Assembly: GCA_050952645.1 (NCBI GenBank)
Contig: JBMNLI010000012.1
Location: forward strand, 128,001-192,000
Source: Bdellovibrionota bacterium
GTDB lineage: Bacteria; Bdellovibrionota_C; UBA2361; CAKMMH01
Direction of reading: 5' to 3'
DNA length: 64,000 bases
In this document: positions 9,047 through 18,800 of the stretch, one piece after another
Position numbering within the stretch: the stretch's first letter is position 1
Layout of the letters: every line of letters begins with the position of its first letter
Program-made: the position numbers and the translations under genes
The notes under the pieces: model-generated
Databases searched by the model: none
What the model was told of the DNA's origin: nothing
The model's input: the letters and a program-made list of their open reading frames with translations, nothing else

Positions 9047-9122
9047 ATAAGAAAGATTAAATTTTTAAATCTTTTAAGTGAATAAGCTTTTAAATAAATA
9101 AGAAAAAAATCAATAAGAAATT

Positions 9123-9155
9123 AAGAAGGTTAAAAGAGAGCTTATTAACCTTCTT
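9123..9155 (-). terminator. Hairpin terminator homologous to 8092-8126
   Basis: aagaaggttaa-(11-nt loop aagagagctta)-ttaaccttctt. Stem differences from 8092-8126 are compensatory. Confidence 0.7.
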
Positions 9156-9204
9156 CTGTAAAAGCCTTTTAAGTGCCTTAGCGATCGTTTTCACTAAGGG
9201 TTAA

Positions 9205-9690
9205 TTAAGCAACCGTTACATGGGGGAGTCCCAATTCCTTAAGTGCATCATTAGCATATTCTTTTACGCACTCAGGAACATTTTCCCACTGTGAAAGATC
9301 CACCTCATCTGCTTTTTCGTAGCAAATGAGAAACTTCAAGCACCAAACAACGACTTCGCAATGCCAACGTGCAATGGCATGATCATTGTTTTTAGAGCCT
9401 GGCATTCTAGCATTACCACTTGCAAAGTCAATTCTGTAAGCGATAGCGGCTAGTGCGTAATTTGTGGGGTCGCTCACATCGTATTCGTATTCTTGAACGA
9501 ATTCGTTGAATTTCTCTCCAAAGCCGTTGAAGTTCGTAGCAACTTTTTCTCTCCAGTCTTCAACTGTTAATCCTGTAGCCTCAGTTACGAGACCAGCATA
9601 TTGCTTTTTGAGTTTTTGAAATGCTTGGTATCTGTTAAGCTCATCTTTAAACTCATAACCGTTAGGAGTATTTGCTTTGTTTCCTCCCAT
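9205..9690 (-). CDS. Orphan protein, 161 aa
   Basis: Clean ORF, GAGG ribosome-binding site, more GC-rich than flanks. No recognisable motif. Confidence 0.8.
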   Translation of the reverse strand: MGGNKANTPNGYEFKDELNRYQAFQKLKKQYAGLVTEATGLTVEDWREKVATNFNGFGEKFNEFVQEYEYDVSDPTNYALAAIAYRIDFASGNARMPGSKNNDHAIARWHCEVVVWCLKFLICYEKADEVDLSQWENVPECVKEYANDALKELGLPHVTVA

Positions 9691-9694
9691 AGGG

Positions 9695-9850
9695 AACCTC
9701 TACTTTCTAGTAGTTTTTCTAGTAGTTTAGTTTTGCTCTCTTTCTGTCCTTTTTAACTATATTGTCTTTAACACAAGCTTAAACAAAAGCTTTATTAAAA
9801 ACAACCTTTAATAAATATCATAAAATAATATTTTGTGCAAATGGTTATTT
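9695..9850 (-). promoter_or_regulatory. Promoter plus hairpin 5' leader, copy 2 of the duplicated upstream block
   Basis: Shares ttgctctcttt.tgtcctttttaactatattgtctttaa..aagcttaaacaaaagctttattaaaa..tatcataaaataat..gcaaatg with 8811-8950. Confidence 0.65.
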
Positions 9851-9933
9851 TGAAAATCTATTTAAAATAAAAATTTAAAATAAAAAGGGAGTATCTTAAA
9901 AAAATTTAATCAAAAAAGAAGCTTTGAGTTTTA

Positions 9934-11274
9934 TTAAAATCTTAAATTCTTAAACGATTTCATCATATTGCCAACCCCTAAGGTGTTTATCTTTTTCATC
10001 ATTTGTTTCATTTGCATAAACTGTTTTAGTAATTGATTGACATCTTCAACCTTAGTACCCGAACCACGAGCTATTCTTAGTCTTCTACTTCCATTTATAA
10101 TATTAGCATTATTTCTTTCTTTTTTCGTCATAGAAAGTATTATAGCTTCAATTTTCCTCATTTCTTTGTTAGCATCTTCATCGTTTACTTTTTTAGTAAG
10201 ATCTCCTAACATAGGGATCATTCCTAGAATAGATGAGAAGCTTCCCATTTTTTTTATCATTTTTAATTGAGATAGAAAATCATCGAAAGAAAATTCATTC
10301 TTTTTAAATTTTTGTTCTAATTTTTTGCTCTCTTCTAAATCGAAATTTTCCGTAGCTTTTTCTATTAGCGTTAATACATCTCCCATTCCTAAAATTCTTG
10401 ATGCCATTCTGTCTGGGTGAAATATCTCTAGGGCGTCGCTCTTTTCCCCAGTTCCAATAAACTTGATCGGAACTCCAGTAACTTTTTTCATAGAAAGTGC
10501 AGCGCCTCCTCTAGCATCGCCATCTAACTTAGTTAAAATTAAGCCCGTAATAGGGACAGCTTCTAAAAACCCTAGGGCTACATTTACGGCTTCTTGCCCA
10601 GTCATGGCATCGGCAACGAGCAAAATTTCCGTTGGCATAATTTTTTTATTTATAAGCTTTAGTTCTTTCATAAGTTCTTTGTCGATTTGAAGCCTACCTG
10701 CCGTATCTACTATCATAACGGGAGTGCCTTGATTTTCCGCAAGCTTTTTAGCTTCACGTACTATTTTTACTGGTGCTTGCTTAGCGTTTGCATCGAACAC
10801 TTCGATATTGTTTTGCTTTCCTAAAGTTTTTAATTGCTCTATTGCAGCAGGTCTATAAACGTCTGCTGGGACTAAGAGTGAAGATTTTTTAAATTCTTTT
10901 TTTATGTATTTTGCAAGCTTTACACAAGTCGTGGTTTTCCCCGAGCCTTGAAGCCCTACAAGCATGATAATAGCAGGAGGAGCAACGCTTAGTTTTAGCT
11001 CGGAAGCGTTTTCTCCCATAATATTTGTTAATTCTTGATTTACTATTTTTATGATTTGCTTGTCGGGTGTTAAGCTTTTTAAAACATTTTCGCCTAACGC
11101 TTTAGTAGCAATATTATCGCAAAACTCTTTTGCTACTTTAAAATTCACGTCTGCTTCAAGAAGAGCCATTCTTACTAGTCTTAATGTATCATCTAACTCT
11201 TTTTGTGTTATTACGCTTTTTCCTCTAATCGCATTAAAAGCACCACGTATTTTCGTGTTTAATGTATCAAACAT
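9934..11274 (-). CDS. ffh: Signal recognition particle protein
   Basis: ALLEADVN, GLQGSGKTTT, DTAGR, TKLDGDARGG, SRRLRIARGSG. Confidence 0.98.
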   Translation of the reverse strand: MFDTLNTKIRGAFNAIRGKSVITQKELDDTLRLVRMALLEADVNFKVAKEFCDNIATKALGENVLKSLTPDKQIIKIVNQELTNIMGENASELKLSVAPPAIIMLVGLQGSGKTTTCVKLAKYIKKEFKKSSLLVPADVYRPAAIEQLKTLGKQNNIEVFDANAKQAPVKIVREAKKLAENQGTPVMIVDTAGRLQIDKELMKELKLINKKIMPTEILLVADAMTGQEAVNVALGFLEAVPITGLILTKLDGDARGGAALSMKKVTGVPIKFIGTGEKSDALEIFHPDRMASRILGMGDVLTLIEKATENFDLEESKKLEQKFKKNEFSFDDFLSQLKMIKKMGSFSSILGMIPMLGDLTKKVNDEDANKEMRKIEAIILSMTKKERNNANIINGSRRLRIARGSGTKVEDVNQLLKQFMQMKQMMKKINTLGVGNMMKSFKNLRF

Positions 11275-11311
11275 AAATATCCTTTTTTGATTTTTGTAGT
11301 TATTATCTAAT

Positions 11312-11536
11312 GGTTCTTCACGTTTTAAGGTAGGTTTTAGACCTTAAAATTAGTATTACTCACCCAGGCGAAGCCCAAAAGAAAATTGACTTTAAAGAAA
11401 TTTGCATAAAATAAATTACTTTAAATATAGTTGTAATTTTTCTTTAAATTATAGATAGTTTTCTATAAAAGCCAATTTTCTTTTAAGCTAACCTAAAAAA
11501 ACAATTTTTCTAAGCCCTCTTAAAATGTGAAGAACC
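11312..11536 (+). mobile_element. Full-length MITE-like element, 225 bp
   Basis: 18-bp terminal inverted repeats ggttcttcacgttttaag / cttaaaatgtgaagaacc (17/18 match). Non-coding, with related copies elsewhere in the window. Confidence 0.75.
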
Positions 11537-11622
11537 TTTTTAATGTTTATAAAACAAACATCACTTCTTAATTATTTTGTAATTTAATTATCTTATAATT
11601 TCTCTTTATTATTTAAAATTAT

Positions 11623-12906
11623 TTAAAAACTTTCAAAACTGTTTTGCCCTATGGGTTCTTTTTTCGTGCGTTGTTTTCTTTCTCTAAGCTCGAAAGTGTA
11701 TTTTGATTTAACGTATGGTCCCCAAGCCTTTAGGGCGTTAAGACAGCTAGGAGAGTAGGGACCTTTAAGCTTGCAAATGGAGCTAGGATAATTAGGTTCA
11801 AATCTTGAAACTTCTTCTAAAAAATTTTGGCAATCCTTAGATACGTGTATAATTTTATCTACTTGCTTTACGTTAATTTGCGGTTCTTCTTTTTTCGTTA
11901 AATCGCTATGTTCTTTTTTAAGTTTATCTAAATCACTACGAATATCAGCAAAAAAATCGATTTTTTCTATATTAAGCTCATCTTCTGTATTTTTACAAGT
12001 TTGGCATTTATCTGAATAACTTTCCGTTGTAGAATTGCAAATAGCTTTTACTATTTGGTCGCTAATAGCGATAACATTCATAAAATTTTTAGTCGTTATT
12101 TTTAAATTATAAATATTTCTAGCTTTCGTAAAATCATCTTTTAATTTTGAAATTTTAATATTATCTATTTTATCTAGGAATTTAGATAGATCTGAAAGAG
12201 TGTTATCATCATTTTTAGGATTGGAGTTTGATATAACTATATGCTCAAAACTTTCTACGCATTTTCTATCTTCATATCCATATTTAGCACATAGTGCTAT
12301 AGGAGAATATGGATAAATGCTTAGTGCATCATCCGTTAAAGTTTGGCAATCTTTACTACTTTCATTAGGATTGTAAGATAATTCTTTAAAAAAATTTGGC
12401 ATACATACAAGAGGAATAGTTTTTTCATACTCGTAAATAAGAGTGTTTCTAGCACTTAAAGCTAATTTTTCATCCTTGCCTTGAAGCACATTTTCATAAT
12501 CTCTTTTAGCTCTTTCGAGAGCTAATTTTTGCACGGATAAGGTAGCACTAAGTTCTTTATCGTTAGTTTTTTTATTATCGCTAAGGCTATCGTCTATTTT
12601 AGTTCCGTTATTTGTTTCGTTATTTGTTTCGTTATTTGATTTGTTGTTTGTTTTGCTACTTTCACTTTCTATTTTATCGGTTATTTCACTATTATTTTCT
12701 CTCGTAATAGTCGCTTTTAATAAAGAGCTATTAGAAGTGCTAATAGAAGTGCTAATAGAAGAGCTACTAGAAGAATTACTAGGCGAACTATTAAGCGAGA
12801 TGATATCTAAATTTTGAGAATAATCGCCTTGATTTAAATCGTTTGAAAAAGCTTTTAAAACGAAACAAAAGCTTAAAAGCAAAAATAAAAAAATTTTCTT
12901 AAACAT
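11623..12906 (-). CDS. Hypothetical exported protein with Ser/Asn low-complexity linker and Cys-containing helical domain
   Basis: Signal-peptide-like N-terminus. Two similar segments: DCQTLTDDALSIYPYSPIALCAKYG and DCQNFLEEVSRFEPNYPSSICKLKG. Confidence 0.75.
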   Translation of the reverse strand: MFKKIFLFLLLSFCFVLKAFSNDLNQGDYSQNLDIISLNSSPSNSSSSSSISTSISTSNSSLLKATITRENNSEITDKIESESSKTNNKSNNETNNETNNGTKIDDSLSDNKKTNDKELSATLSVQKLALERAKRDYENVLQGKDEKLALSARNTLIYEYEKTIPLVCMPNFFKELSYNPNESSKDCQTLTDDALSIYPYSPIALCAKYGYEDRKCVESFEHIVISNSNPKNDDNTLSDLSKFLDKIDNIKISKLKDDFTKARNIYNLKITTKNFMNVIAISDQIVKAICNSTTESYSDKCQTCKNTEDELNIEKIDFFADIRSDLDKLKKEHSDLTKKEEPQINVKQVDKIIHVSKDCQNFLEEVSRFEPNYPSSICKLKGPYSPSCLNALKAWGPYVKSKYTFELRERKQRTKKEPIGQNSFESF

Positions 12907-13069
12907 ATAAATCTTAAAATCCTTTTTTAATATGAGACCTAGAATACAAATCTTACATTATTTAATGTTTATCATATTTAATATTTATCATATTTAAGTT
13001 TATCATAAAATTTTTATGAAAAGAACTATAAAAGAATTAAAGCTCGTTTTTTTTATTATAAAAAGAAAA

Positions 13070-13933
13070 TTATAATTGAAAGATAGCAGTGCTGTTTAGA
13101 TTATTAGCATTAGCCATAAGAGCCATTTTGCTATTGTTTCCTATTTGTTCTTGTAAAGCATTAGTTAATTTAATCGCTTCATCGATATCTCTTAGAGTTT
13201 CTTCTTCATTAAATGTTTCATTAAATGTTTCTGCCGATATATTTGCTAGGTCGTCATAGTTTTTTGATATAGTATGTTTTAATAACATAATTCTAGCTTC
13301 GGTAATTTTTACATTAGCAACAGTATTTATAATAGAGTCTTTTTCTGAAAAATCAAACTCGGTCATATTAAATCCATTCTTAATATCATCTCTAAAAACT
13401 GCATTAAGAGTATAACCAATTTTACTTTCAACATATTTTTTAGCATCTTCATCGGTTAAGGCTCTTATGTTTTCAAAATCTGTTTCATTAGTTAAAGTTT
13501 TTATTCCAGAAAGGAGACTATTTGCCTCAGTTTGAAGAACTTGAATTTTTTTAGGAGAAATATTTTTCTTGGTTGCTACTTGCTCTACGATACCTTTAAT
13601 GCTTCTAAGCATATTTTCGATTTTCTCCGTAGCATCGTTAGCAATATTTAATAAAGAAATATCGTTATTTACTTTTTTACGTTTTTTAGTGTTAACCTCT
13701 TTAGACCTTGAACTTATAGATATTACATCTGTTAGGGAGCTAGTAGCATTTTGAACCGTATTTTGCACTCTTTCATTAGCAACACTAGCTACAGAGCTAG
13801 TAGAATTAGTAGAACTAGTGCCGTTAGCGTTATTGTTAGCGTTATTGTTAGCATTATTAATAGCATTGCTGTTGTTTGATTGTTCTACCGCTGGTTTTAG
13901 TAATATGTTATTATTAGTTCCTTCTATTTTCAT
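13070..13933 (-). CDS. Divergent flagellin-like protein
   Basis: NNDISLLNIANDATEKIENML..LQTEANSL resembles the flagellin N-terminal helix. LRDIDEA..ALMANANNLNSTAIFQL resembles the flagellin C-terminus. Confidence 0.7.
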   Translation of the reverse strand: MKIEGTNNNILLKPAVEQSNNSNAINNANNNANNNANGTSSTNSTSSVASVANERVQNTVQNATSSLTDVISISSRSKEVNTKKRKKVNNDISLLNIANDATEKIENMLRSIKGIVEQVATKKNISPKKIQVLQTEANSLLSGIKTLTNETDFENIRALTDEDAKKYVESKIGYTLNAVFRDDIKNGFNMTEFDFSEKDSIINTVANVKITEARIMLLKHTISKNYDDLANISAETFNETFNEEETLRDIDEAIKLTNALQEQIGNNSKMALMANANNLNSTAIFQL

Positions 13934-13974
13934 GGTTTTTTAAATAATTTCCATTTTCCTTTCCCGCGAGTAGA

Positions 13975-14001
13975 ATGTCGACACGATATAAAAAAACTTT
14001 A
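13975..14001 (-). promoter_or_regulatory. Putative sigma28 (FliA) promoter of the flagellin-like gene
   Basis: Minus strand TAAAGTTT..GTCGACAT with TAAA-N15 spacing (consensus TAAA-N15-GCCGATAA). Confidence 0.6.
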
Positions 14002-14016
14002 GTGTTTTTTTAGGTA

Positions 14017-14913
14017 TTATAATAAAAATTTTCTTATATTGTTGATTTGGTTATTATTTTTTTGAAGTTTCTTAGCTTTTTTCGATTTTTTAGGGAGAAT
14101 TTTCTGTATATTATCTAAGTTCAAAATATTAGGGTCTTCCTTTGCTAAGTATGAAATAACGTCTCCGATGCTTTTCCCAAAAAGAAAATCTGGTAAATAC
14201 TCGTATTCTATACACTCGTCTATATATTCTGCTGCCACTCTGCTATTTAAGCTTAAAGCTCTATCTAAATTAAGTGCGATATGAAAGCCCGTAACTTTTG
14301 GATTATATCTATCGATAGCAATAGTAAACTCTTCGCCTGAAATACTTGCGAGCGCTTGTAATCTTATCATTTTCATAGTTATTTTAGGGTCGGGTTGTCT
14401 AAATTTATCTAAGACGAACTCCGTTGGTCTTAAAATGCCATTATATAAATCTGTAAGGCATGCAACTGTAAAATAGATAGTGTTATTTATAATAAGAATT
14501 TCATTTATAGTTATATCTCTAGTTTGGAAATATTTTTCTATACTTTCTAAAATCTCAATGCCGTGTCCATGAGTTGCGTCATCTTTCATAAAAACTTTTT
14601 CTAGTTCTTTATCTATTTTCGACAATTTTTTATTGCCAAATCTTACTATGTCGATATCTCTCGGGCGTCTAAAAGAAAAGTTATAATTAAGTGCTAAGCC
14701 TAGTGCTAGTCTTGCAGCACCACCTTTAAATCCGTATTGAGCTGGCAAAGTAGGGAGTAGGTCGATATTTGGCATTTTTATTGAAAGAATGTTGTCGACA
14801 AAGGATTCAAATTTTACTTTAGGAGCTAATTTTAATATATAGCTTGGGATATCTACTAAATCATACGACTCTTTTATAGTTTTTATTTTATTTATTTTAT
14901 CACTTTCACACAT
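14017..14913 (-). CDS. Divergent class II (CCA/poly(A) polymerase head-like) nucleotidyltransferase
   Basis: FKGGAAR..RPRDIDI and TRDITINE resemble the GGxVRD..DxD and RRDxTIN motifs. Confidence 0.6.
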   Translation of the reverse strand: MCESDKINKIKTIKESYDLVDIPSYILKLAPKVKFESFVDNILSIKMPNIDLLPTLPAQYGFKGGAARLALGLALNYNFSFRRPRDIDIVRFGNKKLSKIDKELEKVFMKDDATHGHGIEILESIEKYFQTRDITINEILIINNTIYFTVACLTDLYNGILRPTEFVLDKFRQPDPKITMKMIRLQALASISGEEFTIAIDRYNPKVTGFHIALNLDRALSLNSRVAAEYIDECIEYEYLPDFLFGKSIGDVISYLAKEDPNILNLDNIQKILPKKSKKAKKLQKNNNQINNIRKFLL

Positions 14914-15071
14914 AATAATTAACCTTAATTACTAAGCTAAAAATTAATTTAAAATATAATTAAAAATTTTTAAAACCTTTGTCTTTAAAACCCTTAAACT
15001 TTACTTTTAAAAAAATTACTCTTAAAAAATTACTCTTAAAAATTTACCCTTAAATTTTATTCTTAAACTTT

Positions 15072-15169
15072 AAAGCGTTGTCCATTGCGAGTGGGAGCCT
15101 TTAGTCATAGCTTAAATTTTTTTATTTAAGTTTGAACTTGATAATAAAGTCGCACTTTAACCGCATTTT
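15072..15169. ncRNA. Candidate structured RNA (rod with central bubble)
   Basis: GC-richer island in a very AT-rich intergenic region. Nested pairings gcgttg/taaccgc, tgcga/tcgca, agcttaaa/tttaagtt. Confidence 0.35.
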
Positions 15170-15586
15170 GCTTCTAAAAAAATTATACTAATTTTAAAAA
15201 TTTAAAACCACCTTAAAATATGAAGAATAAAAAATTTTATTAAGATTTATTTTTAAGTTATCTTTTAAGAGTTGTCTTAAAGCAACTTTTAAAAGGTTCT
15301 TATACGTTTTCCATATGCGTTTTAAAAGTGGATTAGTATAGCAGTTAAATTTTTGCTTAACTTTATTATTAAACTTCTTTATTTAATTTAGCCTAAAGAA
15401 AACTGCCTTTAGTAGTTAAAACTTTAAGAAGAAATCTCTTATAATTATTATTATAACTATAATTTTAAAAATAAGAAAATTTTTAATTCCTTCGACTAAG
15501 GGGCAATTTTTTTTAAGCTAAAGTCAAGCAAAATTTTATACTACCTACTTTAAAACTTTAAAAAAATATTTTTAGTGGAGATATTT

Positions 15587-15769
15587 ATGGCACAAGATGT
15601 AAACTTAGTTAAATTAAACGGTAGTGAATATATTTGGAATGGCAATTTTTGGTATGATGTAAAAACTTTTATGATCCCTTCGACGATAATCTCATGTAAT
15701 TTAACTAAAGAGTTAAATAAAAAATTAGGAATTAAACCAAATATAATTATTAAAAACTCTACAAATTAA
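15587..15769 (+). CDS. Small hypothetical protein, 60 aa
   Basis: GGAG ribosome-binding site before the ATG at 15587. Sequence YIWNGNFWYDVKTF. Followed by a hairpin. Confidence 0.65.
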   Translation: MAQDVNLVKLNGSEYIWNGNFWYDVKTFMIPSTIISCNLTKELNKKLGIKPNIIIKNSTN

Positions 15770-15807
15770 AAAGGCACTAAAGTTTAAAACTTTAATGCCC
15801 TTTTTTA
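15768..15807. terminator. Bidirectional intrinsic terminator
   Basis: aaaaaggcactaaagt-ttaaa-actttaatgccc followed by a T run, between convergent genes. Confidence 0.7.
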
Positions 15808-15893
15808 TTATTTATAATTTTTTTATCTAATATTACGATATTATATTACATAAATTTATATTACATAAATTAGAATACTAAAATGCTAGAGCG

Positions 15894-18800
15894 TTACATG
15901 CTAGCAAGCTTCTTGTAATACTCAAAGCGTTCCTGAACATTTTTTTGAGCTACATTAGCTAGTTGCTCGGCTCTTTCTGGGTTAGATTTAACTAGCATCT
16001 TATATCTATTTTCATTATAAATATAATTTGTAAGAGGAATGCTTGGCTCCTTAGAGTCTAGAGTTAATGGATTTTTCCCTTCATTAACATTCGCTGGATT
16101 ATATCTATACAGTAGCCAATGCCCAGAGTTAACTGCATTCTTTTGTTGAGTTAAACCATTTCTTAAGTTTATACCATGAGCTATGCAGTGAGCATAACAA
16201 ATAATTAGCGATGGTCCATCGTGTTTTTCTGCTTCTATAATCGCTTTAAGAGCATGAGCATCATTAGCACCTAAAGAAATACTTGCAACGTAAACATTCT
16301 TATAACTCATAGCATGAAGCCCGATGTCTTTCTTTCTATTTGCTTTACCAGCAGCAGCAAACTGAGCAACTGCGCCCGTAGGTGTAGATTTAGACATCTG
16401 CCCACCAGTGTTTGAATAAACTTCCGTATCGAGCAAAAGCACGTTTACATTTTGCCCAGATGCAAGCACGTGGTCTAAGCCACCATAGCCAATATCGTAA
16501 GCCCAGCCATCACCGCCAAATATCCAAACGCTCTTTTTAATTAAGTAATCCGAAAGGGAAACAAGTTCTAGAGCATCGTCAGAATTATCGTCTTTTAACT
16601 TATTTTTTAACTCTTCAACTCTAGCTCTTTGTGCTGTAATTTCCTCTTCAGTTTCCTGTGAAGCATTTAATATATCGTTTGCTAAGCTTTCACCAACCTG
16701 TGATTTTAATTTTAAAAGGAGTTCTTTAGCTTGAACTTGTTTTTTATCTACAGCTAACCTAAAGCCTAATCCAAACTCAGCATTATCTTCAAATAGAGAG
16801 TTTGCCCAAGCAGGTCCTCTGCCATCCTTGTTTTTAGCATAAGGCGTAGTAGGCAAGTTGCCGCCATAAATAGAAGAACAACCAGTAGCGTTAGCGATAA
16901 GCATTCTATCACCGAAAAGTTGAGTTACTAATTTAACGTAAGGAGTTTCACCACAACCTTGGCAAGCTCCCGAGAATTCAAATAATGGCTCGAGTAATTG
17001 AGAGCCTTTTACAGTGTCGTGTTTAACTTTGCTTCTATCAACGTAATCGATACTATTAAAGAATTCCCAATTTTCAACCTCTCTTTCTCTTATCGGTTCA
17101 AATGGAACGAAATTAAGTGCCTTGCCACCTTCGATTTTCTTGCTCTTAACTGGGCAATTTTCTACGCAAAGTCCGCAACCCGTGCAGTCTTCGGTTGAAA
17201 GTTGTAAAGTAAACTTAGTGCCTTCAGGGAAAGTTTTATCTAAAACATCACAAGACTTAAAACCACTAGGAGCATCTTTTAATTTAGCTTCATCGTAAGC
17301 TTTCATTCTTATTACGCCGTGAGGACATACTATAGAACACTTGCCACATTGAATACAAGCCTCAGGATCCCACTCAGGAACTGAAAGTGCGATTGCACGT
17401 TTTTCCCACTTAGTTGTAGCACTAGGGAAAGTTCCATCTGCTGGAAGCTCACTTACTTTTAAGTTTTCTCCATCTCCAACCATCATAGGAGCAAGCACTT
17501 TCTTTACAAACTCTGGAGCTTTATCGGAAACTGCTTTTTTACGAGTGATTTTACTAGTTGCCTCTTTAGGATAATCTATCTTATGTAAGTGAACTAGGCT
17601 TTCATCGACTACCTTAAAGTTCTTTTGAACTACCTCATCGCCTTTTTTACCGAAAGTCTTCTTTATAGCTTCTTTAATTTTTTCGATAGCTTCATTTTTA
17701 GGCAAAATATTAGCGATAGCAAAGAAGCAAGTTTGCATAATGGTATTAGTCCTAGTTCCCATACCATTTTTTAAAGCTACATCGTAAGCGTTTATTGCAT
17801 AAAACTCTATTTCTTTATCTATAATATCTTGTTGTAATTCTTTAGGAAGCTTGTCCCAAACCTCATCTTTATCATAAGGAGCATTTAAAAGGAATGTAGC
17901 CCCTTTAGCCGCTTCTCTTAATACATCGAGTTTTTCAACAAAACTAAATTGATGGCAAGCAACAAAGTTTGCATTATCGATTAAGTATATAGATTTGATT
18001 TTATTTTTACCAAAACGAAGATGCGATTTAGTAAGTCCGCCAGATTTTTTTGAGTCGTAAACGAAATAACCTTGAGTGTAATTATCCGTTTCTTCACCAA
18101 TAATTTTAATCGAGTTTTTATTTGCTCCAACCGTTCCATCTGAACCAAGTCCGATAAAAATGCCACGAAATGTGCTTTCATCCTCGGTTCTAAAGTTTGG
18201 ATCGTAGTCTAGACTAGTGTGAGTTAAGTCATCGTTGATACCTACGGTAAAATGATTTTTAGGATTTTCTTTCTTTAACTCATCGTACACGGCTTTTATC
18301 ATAGCAGGAGTAAACTCTTTAGAGGATAAACCATAGCGCCCACCGATAATTTTTACCTTTCTATCAGACTCGGCAAAAGCCGCTACGGTATCTAAGTATA
18401 AAGGTTCCCCAAGAGAGCCAGCCTCTTTAGTTCTATCTAGAACTGCAATGCTTTTTACACTAGTTGGAATAGAGTCTATAAAATCTTTTACTGAAAACGG
18501 TCTATATAAATGAACTTTTAGAACGCCAACTTTTTCGTTCATTTTTGAGTTCATATAGTCGACTACCTCCTGTGCGGTTTCAGCTCCAGAGCCCATAAGG
18601 ATTAAAATTCTATCTGCGTCTTTTGCGCCATAATAATCGAATAAATCGTAGTGGCGCCCAGTAAGTTTTTCTAGCTTTTCCATCGCTTCTTTAACTATTT
18701 GCGGAGTTTTCTCGTAGTAAACATTTGCAGCTTCTCTAGATTGGAAGAATACGTCTGCGTTTTGTGCCGTTCCTCTAATGCATGGATTATCAGGAGAAAG

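Noticed and set aside
8092..9850. Classical integron cassette array
   Set aside because: No attC with RYYYAAC/GTTRRRY-bounded long imperfect palindromes was recognised, there is no integron integrase, and each gene has its own promoter.
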